Shown one piece after another: positions 1 through 9,954 of a stretch of DNA of 64,000 bases. Both the position numbers and the translations under genes were made by a program. The DNA lies in NCBI GenBank assembly GCA_018398765.1, contig JAHBMJ010000455.1:1-64000 (forward strand), written 5' to 3'. This stretch comes from Chromera velia. Taxonomy: Eukaryota. Every line of letters begins with the position of its first letter. Within the stretch, counting starts at the first letter, position 1. The notes under the pieces are model-generated. The model had not been told where the DNA came from. It saw nothing but the letters and a program-made list of their open reading frames with translations, and made no database searches.

Positions 1-1
1 A

Positions 2-556
2 AAATTCAAAGATCCGAACGCACAGGACCGGCTGAGGGAAGAGCTAGCCGCCATGAAATGCGGACACAAGCAAAGAGTGCAAGACTACAATACCTCGTTC
101 CTCCAAACCGCGTCCCAAGTAGAAGACATCACCATGCAGTCGATCGTATTCCACTACATCAAGGGTCTGCCATCTGGTATACAGAAGGAGGTCCGTCGAA
201 GAAGACCCGCTGACCTCGCCGCAGCCATGGAAATCGCGGATGAGGAAGAACAGCTCGAAAAAGGCTGCACGGGTACACGTACCGATACGGTGCATGCGCA
301 ACAACGCAACACGGATGGTCCGGTGCCAATGGAGATCGATAGGTTGACTCGCGTATACGCTTTGACGCATGACCAGGTGCAGAGGCATATCAAAGAGAAC
401 AGGTGCTTCACTTGCCACCAGCAGGGCCACAGAGCCAACCGATGTCCAAAAGCGACTGACCGTTCCCTTCCTCACCAGAATCGAGGCTTCACGCAGCCGC
501 AACAACAGCTGCAGCAGCCGTTTCGCAACAATGCACCGCACCGTCCTCCAAATTGA
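2..556 (+). CDS. gag: Retrotransposon Gag, C-terminal part (5'-truncated by window edge)
   Basis: Frame open from base 2. Contains the GPVPMEID motif typical of Ty3/Gypsy Gag and a CX2CX4HX4C knuckle (CFTCHQQGHRANRC). Ends at TGA 554-556. Confidence 0.9.
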   Translation, partial: KFKDPNAQDRLREELAAMKCGHKQRVQDYNTSFLQTASQVEDITMQSIVFHYIKGLPSGIQKEVRRRRPADLAAAMEIADEEEQLEKGCTGTRTDTVHAQQRNTDGPVPMEIDRLTRVYALTHDQVQRHIKENRCFTCHQQGHRANRCPKATDRSLPHQNRGFTQPQQQLQQPFRNNAPHRPPN

Positions 557-568
557 AACTTCAGGTAC

Positions 569-3500
569 ATGGGAACGGATGGGCCTGATCAGCAGATGTC
601 TTCCGTCATCCCCTCCGGGCTGGGGCACTCTCCAATCCCCAGCGGGGCATTCAGTGCGGCGCCTGAATGGCGACCGGTGCCGCAGCGGCCGGTTGATTTC
701 CCGCCAGGCCTCTGGCCGCAGAACCGCCCAAATCACCAGAATCCGAACCATCGTTCCCTCTACACCCATTCAACGGCAGGCAGAGCGGCGAGGCTCATCC
801 GGTTCCATGGCCGCCTGAATGGAGTACCGGTCCGGTGCCTGTTTGACCCCGGGGCCGACTCATCTTTCGTTGCTCAGTCCATTGCTAAGTCAAACAGGTG
901 GGAGTTGCGGAACCTGGAGGACCCAGCCGCATGCAAAGGGGGGCTCATGGGGGGGCCGAGGCTGCGGATAGATCGGGAGGCAACGGGTCTCAACTTAGAG
1001 ATCCAGGGGTTCAACGCAAGCCACGACTTTGTTGTGGTGGACCTTGACGAAGACTACGATGTGATTCTGGGCATGCCGTTTTGTGAGAAGTACGACCCGC
1101 GGCCCCATTGGAGGGAAAAGATCCTGAGGTTCCCAGCCGAGACCTCACCGTCGGGGGAAGAATTACATCTTCTCGACAGCGAGGTCTACCCGGAAGAGGG
1201 GGGGGATGAATTTTTCGGTAGGAGGGAGTTGCGTAGGCTGATGAAGAAGCAGAGTACAAAGCTGCACCTTTTCCGTTTGGAGGAGATTTCCAGGGGGTGT
1301 GAGGCGACCGCACATCTCCATTCAATCGCGACGGGGGGGAAACAAGGAGGCCCGCCGCCTCTCTCTTCCGTCCCTCCCAACCATCCGATCAACTCTCCCT
1401 CCTTTGCAGGCCTCCGCAAACATCTGCAGGGGGGGGAGGTGGACCTCCGTGTCCGTGCCGTGCTTGAAAAGCACTACGACCGTTTCCCAGATAAACTCCC
1501 GGGGCTCCCGCCCCACCAATCCATCGAGTGCGAAATCAAACTCGAGGCAGGGCACACGCCGCCTGCCAGGGCCCCATACCGCCTGTCCTTCGGTCAGCTT
1601 GACGAACTGAGGAAGCAATTGGACTCGTATTTGGAGAAAGGTCACATCAGACCATCCAGCAGCCCCTACGCAGCCCCTGTCTTGTTCGTTCAGAAAGCCG
1701 ACGGCACCCAACGAATGTGCATTGACTTTACTGGTCTAAACAAGATCATGATCAAGGACAAGTTCCCCCTGCCTCACCCAGAAGATTTGCTGAATCGCCT
1801 GCATGGGGCGAAGATCTTCTCCTCTCTCGATTTGCGCCAGTATTTTCACCAGCTGAGGATCCGGGAGGGCGACGAGGAGAAGACGGCTTTTGTAACCAGG
1901 TACGGAAGCTTCGAATGGCTAGTTATGCCGTTTGGTTTGAGCAATGCCCCCTCCATCAGCATGCGCCTCATCACACACGTTCTCAGGCCCCTACTTAACT
2001 CCTGTGTCGTTGTGTTTATTGATGATGTTCTTGTTTTCAGTCGCACTCCAGAGGAACACGTCGAGCACATCCACCGGGTTCTCTCCCTCTTGCGGGAGCA
2101 CGACCTCTACGTCAAAGTGACAAAGTGCACTTGGATGAGGAAGTGGATGAAGTTTTTGGGTCTCGTGATCGACGAGGGGGGCGTTCGTCCCGCTCCTGAG
2201 AAATTGCAGGGGTTGCAGGAATTTCCGGAGCCCAAGGACCGCACAGGACTGCGTCAGTTCTTGGGGCTTGCAAGCTGGTTTCGCAGGTTTGTCCCCCGCT
2301 TTTCTCACATCGCAGCACCCCTTCTCTCTCTCCTGCGCACCACCGTTCCCTTCAACTGGAAGGCCGAGCATTCCCTCGCTTTCCCCCTGTTGAAAAAGGC
2401 TGTGCTCGATCACGCCACGCTCGCACTCCCAGACCCCAAACAGCCAGTCGTTCTGGTCCCAGACGCGTCTCTGTCCGCTCAAGCGATCAGAGCAGTAGCT
2501 ATGCAGAGAGACTGTGCCTCTGGGAGGTTCCGTCCTCTCGCGTTCGGTTCCCGTCAGGGAGTGAATTACCCGGTCAGGGAGCTAGAGTTTCTGGCAATTA
2601 TTCACTTTACAAAAGTGTGGAGACACTTTTTGGCGGCAGATTCCGAGATCTGGACAGACCACCAGAGCCTGACAAACTTTAACCACCGCTCGTTTGAGCA
2701 TTGTTCCCCCCGAGTCCGCCGTTGGATCGAGTTCATGCAGGAGTTTGGGATTCAACCGAAGTACATCCCGGGGAAGGCAAACATAGTTGCCGATGCTCTT
2801 TCCCGAAACCCCCCACCGTCTGCCCCTCAACCGGAACCGTCTGCCCCTCGGCAGGAACCGTCTACCCCTGAGCAGGAGCTTCGTGTCCTGCAGGTTTCTG
2901 CGGTTCCGTCTCGCGAATTTCTACGGAAGTGCAGAGAGGGTTACGCGCATGACCCTTTCTTCTCCCCGATCGTGTGGAATCTGTCTGCCCTCCGCCCTCC
3001 CACCCCATCCCCCAAGCTCGCTCTTCGCATGCGGGACATCACATTCAGGGACGGTCTCCTCTATTATGGTGGGGACAGGCTGTGTGTCCCAAGATCCCTG
3101 CACAAGCAAATGATTGGAGAAAACCATGCGTCTCCCCACTCCGCACACCTGGGCATCAACAAAACCTACAAGAAGATGGCGTCCCTCTATTACTGGCCGA
3201 AGATGTGGAGGGATGTTGGGGTGTATATTCGGGCCTGCGACCCATGCCAGCGTAGCAAGGGTCCGAACGCATTGCCCCCTGGTTTGCTTCACCCTCTGTC
3301 CGTTCCTTCGCAGCCATGGGAGTCAGTCTGCCTGGACTTTCTCACCGACCTCCCTCCTTCAGGGGATGAACGATACGATACCATCATGGTGGTGGTGTGC
3401 AGGCTGATCAAGGCAGCCATTCTCGTCCCCACCCATCGAATTGCAAGTGCTGAAGAGACTGCCCGTCTCTATCGGCGCTTTGTCACGTGCAAGAAGGGGT

Positions 3501-4405
3501 ATCAGAGGCAGATTGTCTCCGATCGAGACCCCCGTTTTGTTTCGAAATTTTGGCAGACTCTTCATGCCCTCTCGGGCACTCAGCTCGATTTCTCCACCTC
3601 CGGTCACCATGACACAGCAGGGCAGGCTGAGAGAATGAATCGAACGATTGAGGAGGCCCTCCGATGCCTGGTTGAGACGAAACAGACTCGCTGGTCCGAA
3701 TTTCTCTGTGACGTGGAGTTTGCCTACAACTCCTCAGTCCATGAGGGGACGTCCTTTTCCCCTTTCACTCTCGATACAGGCCGACAAGCAGTAGCCCCTC
3801 CCTCCCTTTCCCTTCCTTCCTCGGTCGAACAGTCTTTCGACGCTGAGGACTTCCTGGAGGGACACCGACAGATGGTCGCAGCAGCAACTGAGTCTTTGAG
3901 GGCAGCACAGGGGATCATGACAAGGTATGCGAACCGGCACCGGCGTCCCGCCGATGGCATTCAGGTGGGGCAGTATGTTTTGGTGCACCGATCGTGGTGG
4001 CCTCAGCCAGTGGGGAAAGGGAAGGAGTATGCAAGGAAGCTCGATTCTGTCTGGTTTGGACCGTTTGAGGTTGAAGCGGTTCTACCGAGGGACAATCTGG
4101 AGGTCGTCTTGCCTGCGGGGTGCCGAAAGCACCCCGTTATTCACCGATCTCTCTGCAAGCCCTATCGTCAGTCAGGGGGAGGGACAGTCGTCCGTCCCCC
4201 GTCAGTCCGCATGCCCGCTTGGGCTGAGGAGGAGTTCGAAGTTGAGCGAGTTGTCGCCGTGCGGGGCAGGGGAGGAGGGAGAGAGTACCGTGTGCAATGG
4301 AAAGGGTTCCCTGCCGAGGAGGCAACCTGGGAGCCTCTCTCGAACCTGAAGAATGCGAAGGCCATGATTGCTGCCTTCCATGCGTCTGCCCGTCGTTCCG
4401 TTTGA
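569..4405 (+). CDS. pol: Retrotransposon Pol polyprotein (aspartic protease, RT, RNase H, integrase, chromodomain)
   Basis: PR LFDPGADSSF; RT YAAPVLFVQK..RMCIDF, MPFGLSNAP, VFIDDVL; RNase H DAS..NYPVRELEFLAII..TDHQSL..ADALSR; IN HHCC (H..HLGINKT..CDPC), CLDF, SDRDPRF, GQAERMNRTIEE, GPF; chromodomain EFEVERVV..EYRVQWKGFPAEEATWEP. Confidence 0.97.
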   Translation: MGTDGPDQQMSSVIPSGLGHSPIPSGAFSAAPEWRPVPQRPVDFPPGLWPQNRPNHQNPNHRSLYTHSTAGRAARLIRFHGRLNGVPVRCLFDPGADSSFVAQSIAKSNRWELRNLEDPAACKGGLMGGPRLRIDREATGLNLEIQGFNASHDFVVVDLDEDYDVILGMPFCEKYDPRPHWREKILRFPAETSPSGEELHLLDSEVYPEEGGDEFFGRRELRRLMKKQSTKLHLFRLEEISRGCEATAHLHSIATGGKQGGPPPLSSVPPNHPINSPSFAGLRKHLQGGEVDLRVRAVLEKHYDRFPDKLPGLPPHQSIECEIKLEAGHTPPARAPYRLSFGQLDELRKQLDSYLEKGHIRPSSSPYAAPVLFVQKADGTQRMCIDFTGLNKIMIKDKFPLPHPEDLLNRLHGAKIFSSLDLRQYFHQLRIREGDEEKTAFVTRYGSFEWLVMPFGLSNAPSISMRLITHVLRPLLNSCVVVFIDDVLVFSRTPEEHVEHIHRVLSLLREHDLYVKVTKCTWMRKWMKFLGLVIDEGGVRPAPEKLQGLQEFPEPKDRTGLRQFLGLASWFRRFVPRFSHIAAPLLSLLRTTVPFNWKAEHSLAFPLLKKAVLDHATLALPDPKQPVVLVPDASLSAQAIRAVAMQRDCASGRFRPLAFGSRQGVNYPVRELEFLAIIHFTKVWRHFLAADSEIWTDHQSLTNFNHRSFEHCSPRVRRWIEFMQEFGIQPKYIPGKANIVADALSRNPPPSAPQPEPSAPRQEPSTPEQELRVLQVSAVPSREFLRKCREGYAHDPFFSPIVWNLSALRPPTPSPKLALRMRDITFRDGLLYYGGDRLCVPRSLHKQMIGENHASPHSAHLGINKTYKKMASLYYWPKMWRDVGVYIRACDPCQRSKGPNALPPGLLHPLSVPSQPWESVCLDFLTDLPPSGDERYDTIMVVVCRLIKAAILVPTHRIASAEETARLYRRFVTCKKGYQRQIVSDRDPRFVSKFWQTLHALSGTQLDFSTSGHHDTAGQAERMNRTIEEALRCLVETKQTRWSEFLCDVEFAYNSSVHEGTSFSPFTLDTGRQAVAPPSLSLPSSVEQSFDAEDFLEGHRQMVAAATESLRAAQGIMTRYANRHRRPADGIQVGQYVLVHRSWWPQPVGKGKEYARKLDSVWFGPFEVEAVLPRDNLEVVLPAGCRKHPVIHRSLCKPYRQSGGGTVVRPPSVRMPAWAEEEFEVERVVAVRGRGGGREYRVQWKGFPAEEATWEPLSNLKNAKAMIAAFHASARRSV

Positions 4406-4594
4406 GGTTGCTGATTGAGGGCATTGCAAGTCCGTTGTCTTTGAAATTCTTGTTTTCTCCGTTTGATCTCTCTCTGAAGACCTCTTTTCCCTCTCTCCTT
4501 GAACCTGTCCTTTTTGCCTTTTCATCCAGTCTGTCTGAAAACGAAACTTGTCTTCTCTTCAAATGAAGCATGTCTGTGTGGGGACACAGACTTC

Positions 4595-4607
4595 GGGGGG
4601 GAGGTGG
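4595..4607 (+). other. Polypurine tract of the LTR retrotransposon
   Basis: GGGGGGGAGGTGG about 190 nt after the pol stop, immediately before the putative LTR start (c)GTTACA. Confidence 0.7.
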
Positions 4608-4609
4608 CA

Positions 4610-4868
4610 CGTTACATTGCGATATGTAGTTGTTCGCTCTAGCCGGAGTTGATCGCCCGAGCTAATCATGCTGTAATGAATTAAGTCAAAGAGTAAGATT
4701 ATCCTGAAAGCGTCTTTCCAGTCATGCACTAAGTTGAGTACTAAGCTTGCATTCAAGTCCGTCCATGCCTATGTCGTTCTATGGGCGTGCCCCTAATGTT
4801 GTATCTGTATTGGAATTAATATAAGAATTAATTCCACTCACGTGCATGCCCGTCTTGTCTGTGTAACT
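4610..4868 (+). repeat. Putative 3' LTR (~260 bp)
   Basis: Follows the PPT and is bounded by the short inverted repeat GTTACA (4611-4616) / TGTAAC (4862-4867). AT-rich polyA-signal-like segment at ~4814-4832. The terminal bases are not the canonical TG..CA and no 5' LTR is available for comparison. Confidence 0.4.
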
Positions 4869-4989
4869 GTCCTGACTGATAGCTTTGGTACTACAAGACT
4901 CCCGAACTGACAGTTCTTATGCAGTAACCAGTCATACTAAGTCTAGGTCTGTAGCGCTCCACAGACACTAGGCTTTTCCTTACGCATAC

Positions 4990-5151
4990 GCTCTGCTTAC
5001 GGCGTATAGCTTTTCAAGACATAGGCTCTCCTTGCGGCATAGCTTTTCAAGACATAGGCTCTGCTTGCGGCACAGCTTTTCAAGACATAGGCTGCGCCTG
5101 CGGCGCAGCTTTTCAAGATATAGGCCGCGCCTGCGGCGCGGCCTTTCAAGA
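4990..5151. repeat. 33-bp tandem repeat, ~5 diverging copies
   Basis: Core AGCTTTTCAAGA recurs at 5008, 5041, 5074, 5107 and, degenerate, at 5140. Confidence 0.9.
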
Positions 5152-5833
5152 GTAGATTTTTGAGCGGCACAAAATTTCAAGTAGCCTTGAGTGTCAGGGA
5201 GGTACAAAAAATATATCCCCCAGACTATACAGATGGCTGCGTCCGACGTTTACAAGAAGATCTGACGTACGCCAAGCTCGGCCCCGGAAAGACAATTCAG
5301 CTGAGGAGGCACTTTCCAAATTTAAAGCAGGGGCAACAAGAATAAATTTCGCTTTCCGGGCCATTCGCACGGAGTGCGTCAGATCTATGCATGGAAGGCG
5401 AAGCCTTGCGGAGCGAAGCCGTGCATTCGAACGACGGAAATGACGGAAATATAGTCCCGGGCCCGGCGCGGCCTTTGCGGCACCAACGCGCCAAGCCGCA
5501 GCAACATTGCACGCTATATATGAATAGCTGCATATAGCTACACGTGACTTCCAGGCTCGAATCATCGACCACGGGATGAGCCGGCCTATGATCGAACCCC
5601 TGTCGCAGACACCGTAGCTGAAAACATCCTGCACAGGACTGCTTGGGATGCCGGAGTTCGGAAAAGAAGCAGCCGGGCGGAATTGAGGGATTCCGACGAC
5701 GGCCCACCAGCTGCATAGCTCGGTCTGACTGTCGCTAGAGTCTGCATCTCCGTGACTTATCGGACAGACAAGCTCCACTACCGAAACGTCTCGGTCACTG
5801 CTTGCATACGTGGCTTGTTGACTTGTGTGTCTG

Positions 5834-6562
5834 ATGGGAGGGAAACAGAGCCAGCAGGTGAGGGAGGAGCTGTTCACCAGGGGACAGAGGGCTCAATGCC
5901 GAAGAGGGGCGACCAACTTCGTGGTAGACGGACAGACGTTGCCCAAAGACCAGCCCCCAGGCCGCACCATCGTGTGTCTGCACGGTCTGAATGCCAACCT
6001 CTCACAATACGAGAAGGTAGCCCAAGGGTTTGTGCAGATGGGCTTCACAGTGGTCAGGTTCGATCTCTTTGGCCATGGTTTGTCTGACTCTCCTCGTGGG
6101 TCTTCGTACACACCACAGCTGTTCATGGATCAGCTGGATGATCTTCTGAGTCACCTGGAGGTCACACAGAAGATCACACTCATCGGCTTTTCCATGGGGG
6201 GATTCATCTCCACTAACTACGCTGTGCTGAACCCCCAGCGCATAGACAGACTGGTGCTTTTGGCCCCTGCCGGCATGCTGAAGGATAGACCGAAGTCGTT
6301 CACATGCATCCTGGACAGAATGGGATACTGCCTCATTCCCTGCGTGCCCATGTGTGCCTCTCCGTGCTGTGTGAGAAAGAACGAATTCGACGGCATGTTC
6401 AACGACCCGAACATGAACAAGGAATACGCAGAGCAGGTGCAGAGAAGATTCAAAACACAACTGAGAAAAAACCTGTCGACCATGATGAAGGTACGCGGAT
6501 GGCTCTCTGCTTCTGAACACTGGTGGCTCTCTCTCTCTCTCCCCGTTTCTCTCCCCCTCTCC

Positions 6563-6599
<37 letters not shown>

Positions 6600-8171
6600 C
6601 GCGCGGGCGCTAGGAAAAGAGAGAGAGAAGGAAGAGAATCAGGCAGTCTGTCTGTCAGCAGATTTGTGATGAAGGCGAATGAAGAGGGGGGGCAAACGAA
6701 AGAGAAGAATGATGCAGAAGAGAGAAAGGATGAAAGGACAAAAGGAGGGGAAAAGGAGAAAATATGTGCGTGAGAAGCACAGGAAGGAAGGAATGGAAGA
6801 ACGTATGAACGAACACACGAAAGGAAGACAAAAAAGAAAGAAAAAAGGAAAGCAAAAAGGGACAAATAGAACAGTCAGAGAGCCGGGTGGGCTGACAGAT
6901 ATGAAGCAAGAAAAAAGCAGGGGACGGAAGAGGAAGATGGAAACGAATGAAAGAGGACAGTGAGAATGCGAAATAAAAAATCAGAATGGTGCTTTTTGTC
7001 GGGCTTTCGGTCTCTCTTTCTTTCATTTACTCTTTGTCTCCCTCCCTCCCTCCCTCCCTCCCTCCCTCCCTCCATCTTTTCTGATTTCTCTCCGTGCATC
7101 TATCTGCCTGCCTGCCTGCCTGCCTGCCTGTGGGTGTTATCATTCTCTCCCCATGTCTTCCGTTTTCATGGCGTAATTGGGCGTGAAGAATGTAGATGGA
7201 AACACACACAGAGAAAGCGATAAAAACAATCTCTTCGTCTGCCCGACTGCCTTGTCCGAAAAAGAAAGGTATGAAAAGAAACGAAATGCGATCAACTCTC
7301 TGAGTTTCTGTGTTCTCCTCTCATCTCTCTACGGTGATGAAACGCCTCCGGCCATAATTTGATTTTCGATGTGCATGCCGGCCTCATCTGAACTCTTTCT
7401 CCCTAACTGTGGCGCGCTGCAAAGAAGCACGCCTGCCTGCATGTCTACATGCATGCATGCATGAACGTGTCATGTAATTGGTTCTTTAATTGTCGCATGC
7501 ATGCATGCATGCAGGTCGGGAAGGGAATGCCTTTGTGGGAGAATTACCCTGTGTTCCGGTCTCTGGCTGCGTTGAGGAGGGATCAGGGGTTTCGTGTGGT
7601 GTTCCTCTGGGGGACTCACGACGACGTCGTCCCTCTGTTCGAGTGCTACTCAGAGTTGTGGGAGTTTTTTGACCTCAACCCTCCTCTGATGCTCTATAGA
7701 GGGTGCAAACACCAGCTTTTGGTCGAAAAGGCCCAAGACGTATTCACAGACATCGCCGCATTCCTCTTGGATAGACCCATTCCACAGAAGGGCCTCAGAC
7801 CAGCACCCCCAGAGCACGTGCAACCTCAAATACAGCAGCAGCAGCAGCAACAACAAGGAGGGGCACCCGGCCAGCCCCCGCCGCAAATACCGAATCCATT
7901 CGATGGCGGCGGCGCCTACGGAGGGACCCCGCCCCCCCCCATGCCCCAGCCACCCACGGGTTTCCATCCCCCTCCCCGCACAGGCCCGGGCCCGGCTGCG
8001 CACGTCCATCCAGGATTCCAGGGGGGACCCCGACCCCCCCCCATGCCAGGACCACCCGGGGGCTATGGACCAGGTCCAGCCCCCTACGGTGGTGCACCCG
8101 CCCCTGTGCTGATGACCAGTCAGATGGGGTATCCTGTGGCACAGGCCCATACAGTCAGGTATCCGTCATAA
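5834..8171 (+). CDS. Alpha/beta-fold serine hydrolase (~437 aa), predicted N-myristoylated, with Pro/Gly/Gln-rich tail; 2 exons
   Basis: Exons 5834-6490 and 7515-8171; intron GTACGC..TGCAG, phase 0. Motifs IVCLHGL, RFDLFGHGLS, nucleophile GFSMGG, acid WGTHDDVVP, His in GCKHQLL. N-terminus is MGGKQS. Confidence 0.9.
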
Positions 8172-9112
8172 AGGGAGGGGGGGGGGGATGGAGGGTGAAT
8201 GGAATGGAATGGAATGAAGCCTCTATCTGTCGATCCGATCAGACCGAGGCAGGGGGAAGGGCGTAGATAGGGAAGAACATCTCTGGAACTGGCGATTGTT
8301 CTCTGGTCTGAATGTCTGTTTGGATGATCGTCGCACATGCAGAAGGTGAAGGGAGGGTTGGGGGGCCTGCAGGGAAAACAGCAGACTGGCAGGCATCAAA
8401 GTCCTTTTTGACAGAATTCCTTCAATGTGGGGTGACAGTCTTTTCTGCCTGAAATCGAGACTTGATCAACGGACATTGCTTCTTCATCTGACTGAATGCG
8501 TGTACGAGAAAATTATGCATACACGCAAACACAGTTTCTTACTTCCTTTGTGTCCTCATTGGTTTGCTTGTACATTGGCCGATGCGTTGCAAGTCGTTCA
8601 GGCCCAAAATTTTTCAATCGATCCAGATTTTACTCTGACATACAGTCCAAATTGTAGGATCGGAGCACCCGGGGAGGAATCTAGGGAGGAATTAAGAGGG
8701 GAGAGAGGAGAGCGGTACGTATTCGTGCAAGTACCTAGAATGGAAGACTGTTGGCGGATTTGGAACAAAATTAAAAGAATACAGCTGTGCTGCACCATAC
8801 ATAAGGGCACACTTGTACCACACGTTCATGACTGTAGACAATACAAGTCTAGGTACAAGTCTAACTGCAAGACTTGGCATGCAGTGCAAATGCAGTGCAT
8901 TATTAGAACAGTGTTTAATAACACGATTAATCGTATTATTCTAGGCATATTATTATGCTAAACTTAATGGCTCATATTAGCTGTGTCTGATATCAAATTA
9001 CGAAATATTATGAAATGATACGGAATTGTAAATTTATATTATCATCATCACATTATTGTCTTGTCGTCTGGAGCCTGGATCGAACTCTCTCTAAATGCAA
9101 GTTCAAAATTTA

Positions 9113-9954
9113 TATAGTATGGTTAGGGGGAACTACCGGGGGGGTCGAGCGATTTCATGGTGACCATGGATTTGGTAACTCGTGAGCGGTAACCGGGGGG
9201 GTCCTAGAACCCGGCGTCAAGTAACCATAGCGATGGTAGTTTGGACTAAAGGCCCCGGCAAAGCGGCAAAAAAAATATGCAAGCGTGTATGCATGCTTAC
9301 CCTTGCTTTCGAATTAAGCCCTTAATTCGTGATCTATCATGCATCTATTCTGAAAAGATGAAACGGTTCTCTGAATTTCATGATTGATTCATTTCATTCT
9401 ACAGAGAGAGCTCGCATATGAGCTAGTTTCTGAAAAAAAGTGAGGCTTAAGGTACGAGCAACGAGGCAAGAACAGCTGTTTTTACAGTAACAGTATCTAA
9501 TTTATGATCTAACGGCATTGCTGTGTAAACAGTGCTTTCATTCAGATTTTTGCATGTATGACATTGTTCTTTGCTTTCTTACCTCCCCCAAAACTCAAAC
9601 AACTCTCAGTTGAACTCAATTACTCTAATATTCTTTACATCATTGTCTAGATTCTTAAGATAACATAATTTATTAGGTCCCGCACAATAATGTTCTAGTT
9701 AAGATTCCATTAGAAAAATATAAAACGATTGTTTTCAATCATGTTAATGGTTTTTCTATAAAGAGATTTTATAATTTTTTAATTGATTGTTTCATATTTT
9801 ATGAATCTTTCTATTAAAAAGCGTAAGATTATTAGAAAAACCCCTTATACTACTACTACCATGGTATCTCTACCCCAACTTACTACCGTACCCATAAATG
9901 TGATTACCGGGCGGCCGTAACCAAATTAATTTAGTTCCTCCTAACCGTACTGTG
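9113..9954. mobile_element. Putative non-autonomous TIR element (MITE), TA-flanked, Tc1/mariner-like
   Basis: Left TA-TATAGTATGGTTAGGGGGAACTA (9111-9135) matches the reverse complement of right TAGTTCCTCCTAACCGTACTGTG-TA (9932-9956) at 21/25 positions. No ORF inside. Confidence 0.6.

Larger units (their letters stand above)
1..4868 (+). mobile_element. Ty3/Gypsy LTR retrotransposon, chromovirus type (5' end lies outside the window)
   Basis: gag zinc knuckle followed by PR-RT-RNaseH-IN-chromodomain order, PPT at ~4595-4607, then an AT-richer LTR-like segment. The 3' boundary is approximate. Confidence 0.93.

Noticed and set aside
44..4610. Many overlapping alternative-frame and antisense ORFs in the retrotransposon
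   Set aside because: Shadows of gag/pol in GC-rich sequence.
4990..5151. 33-bp periodic array (and the 49716-49944 array) as possible CRISPR
   Set aside because: Units are contiguous or have homologous spacers, there are no cas genes, and the context is eukaryotic.
5834..8171. Both hydrolase coding exons are exactly 657 nt
   Set aside because: There is no sequence similarity between them; treated as coincidence.
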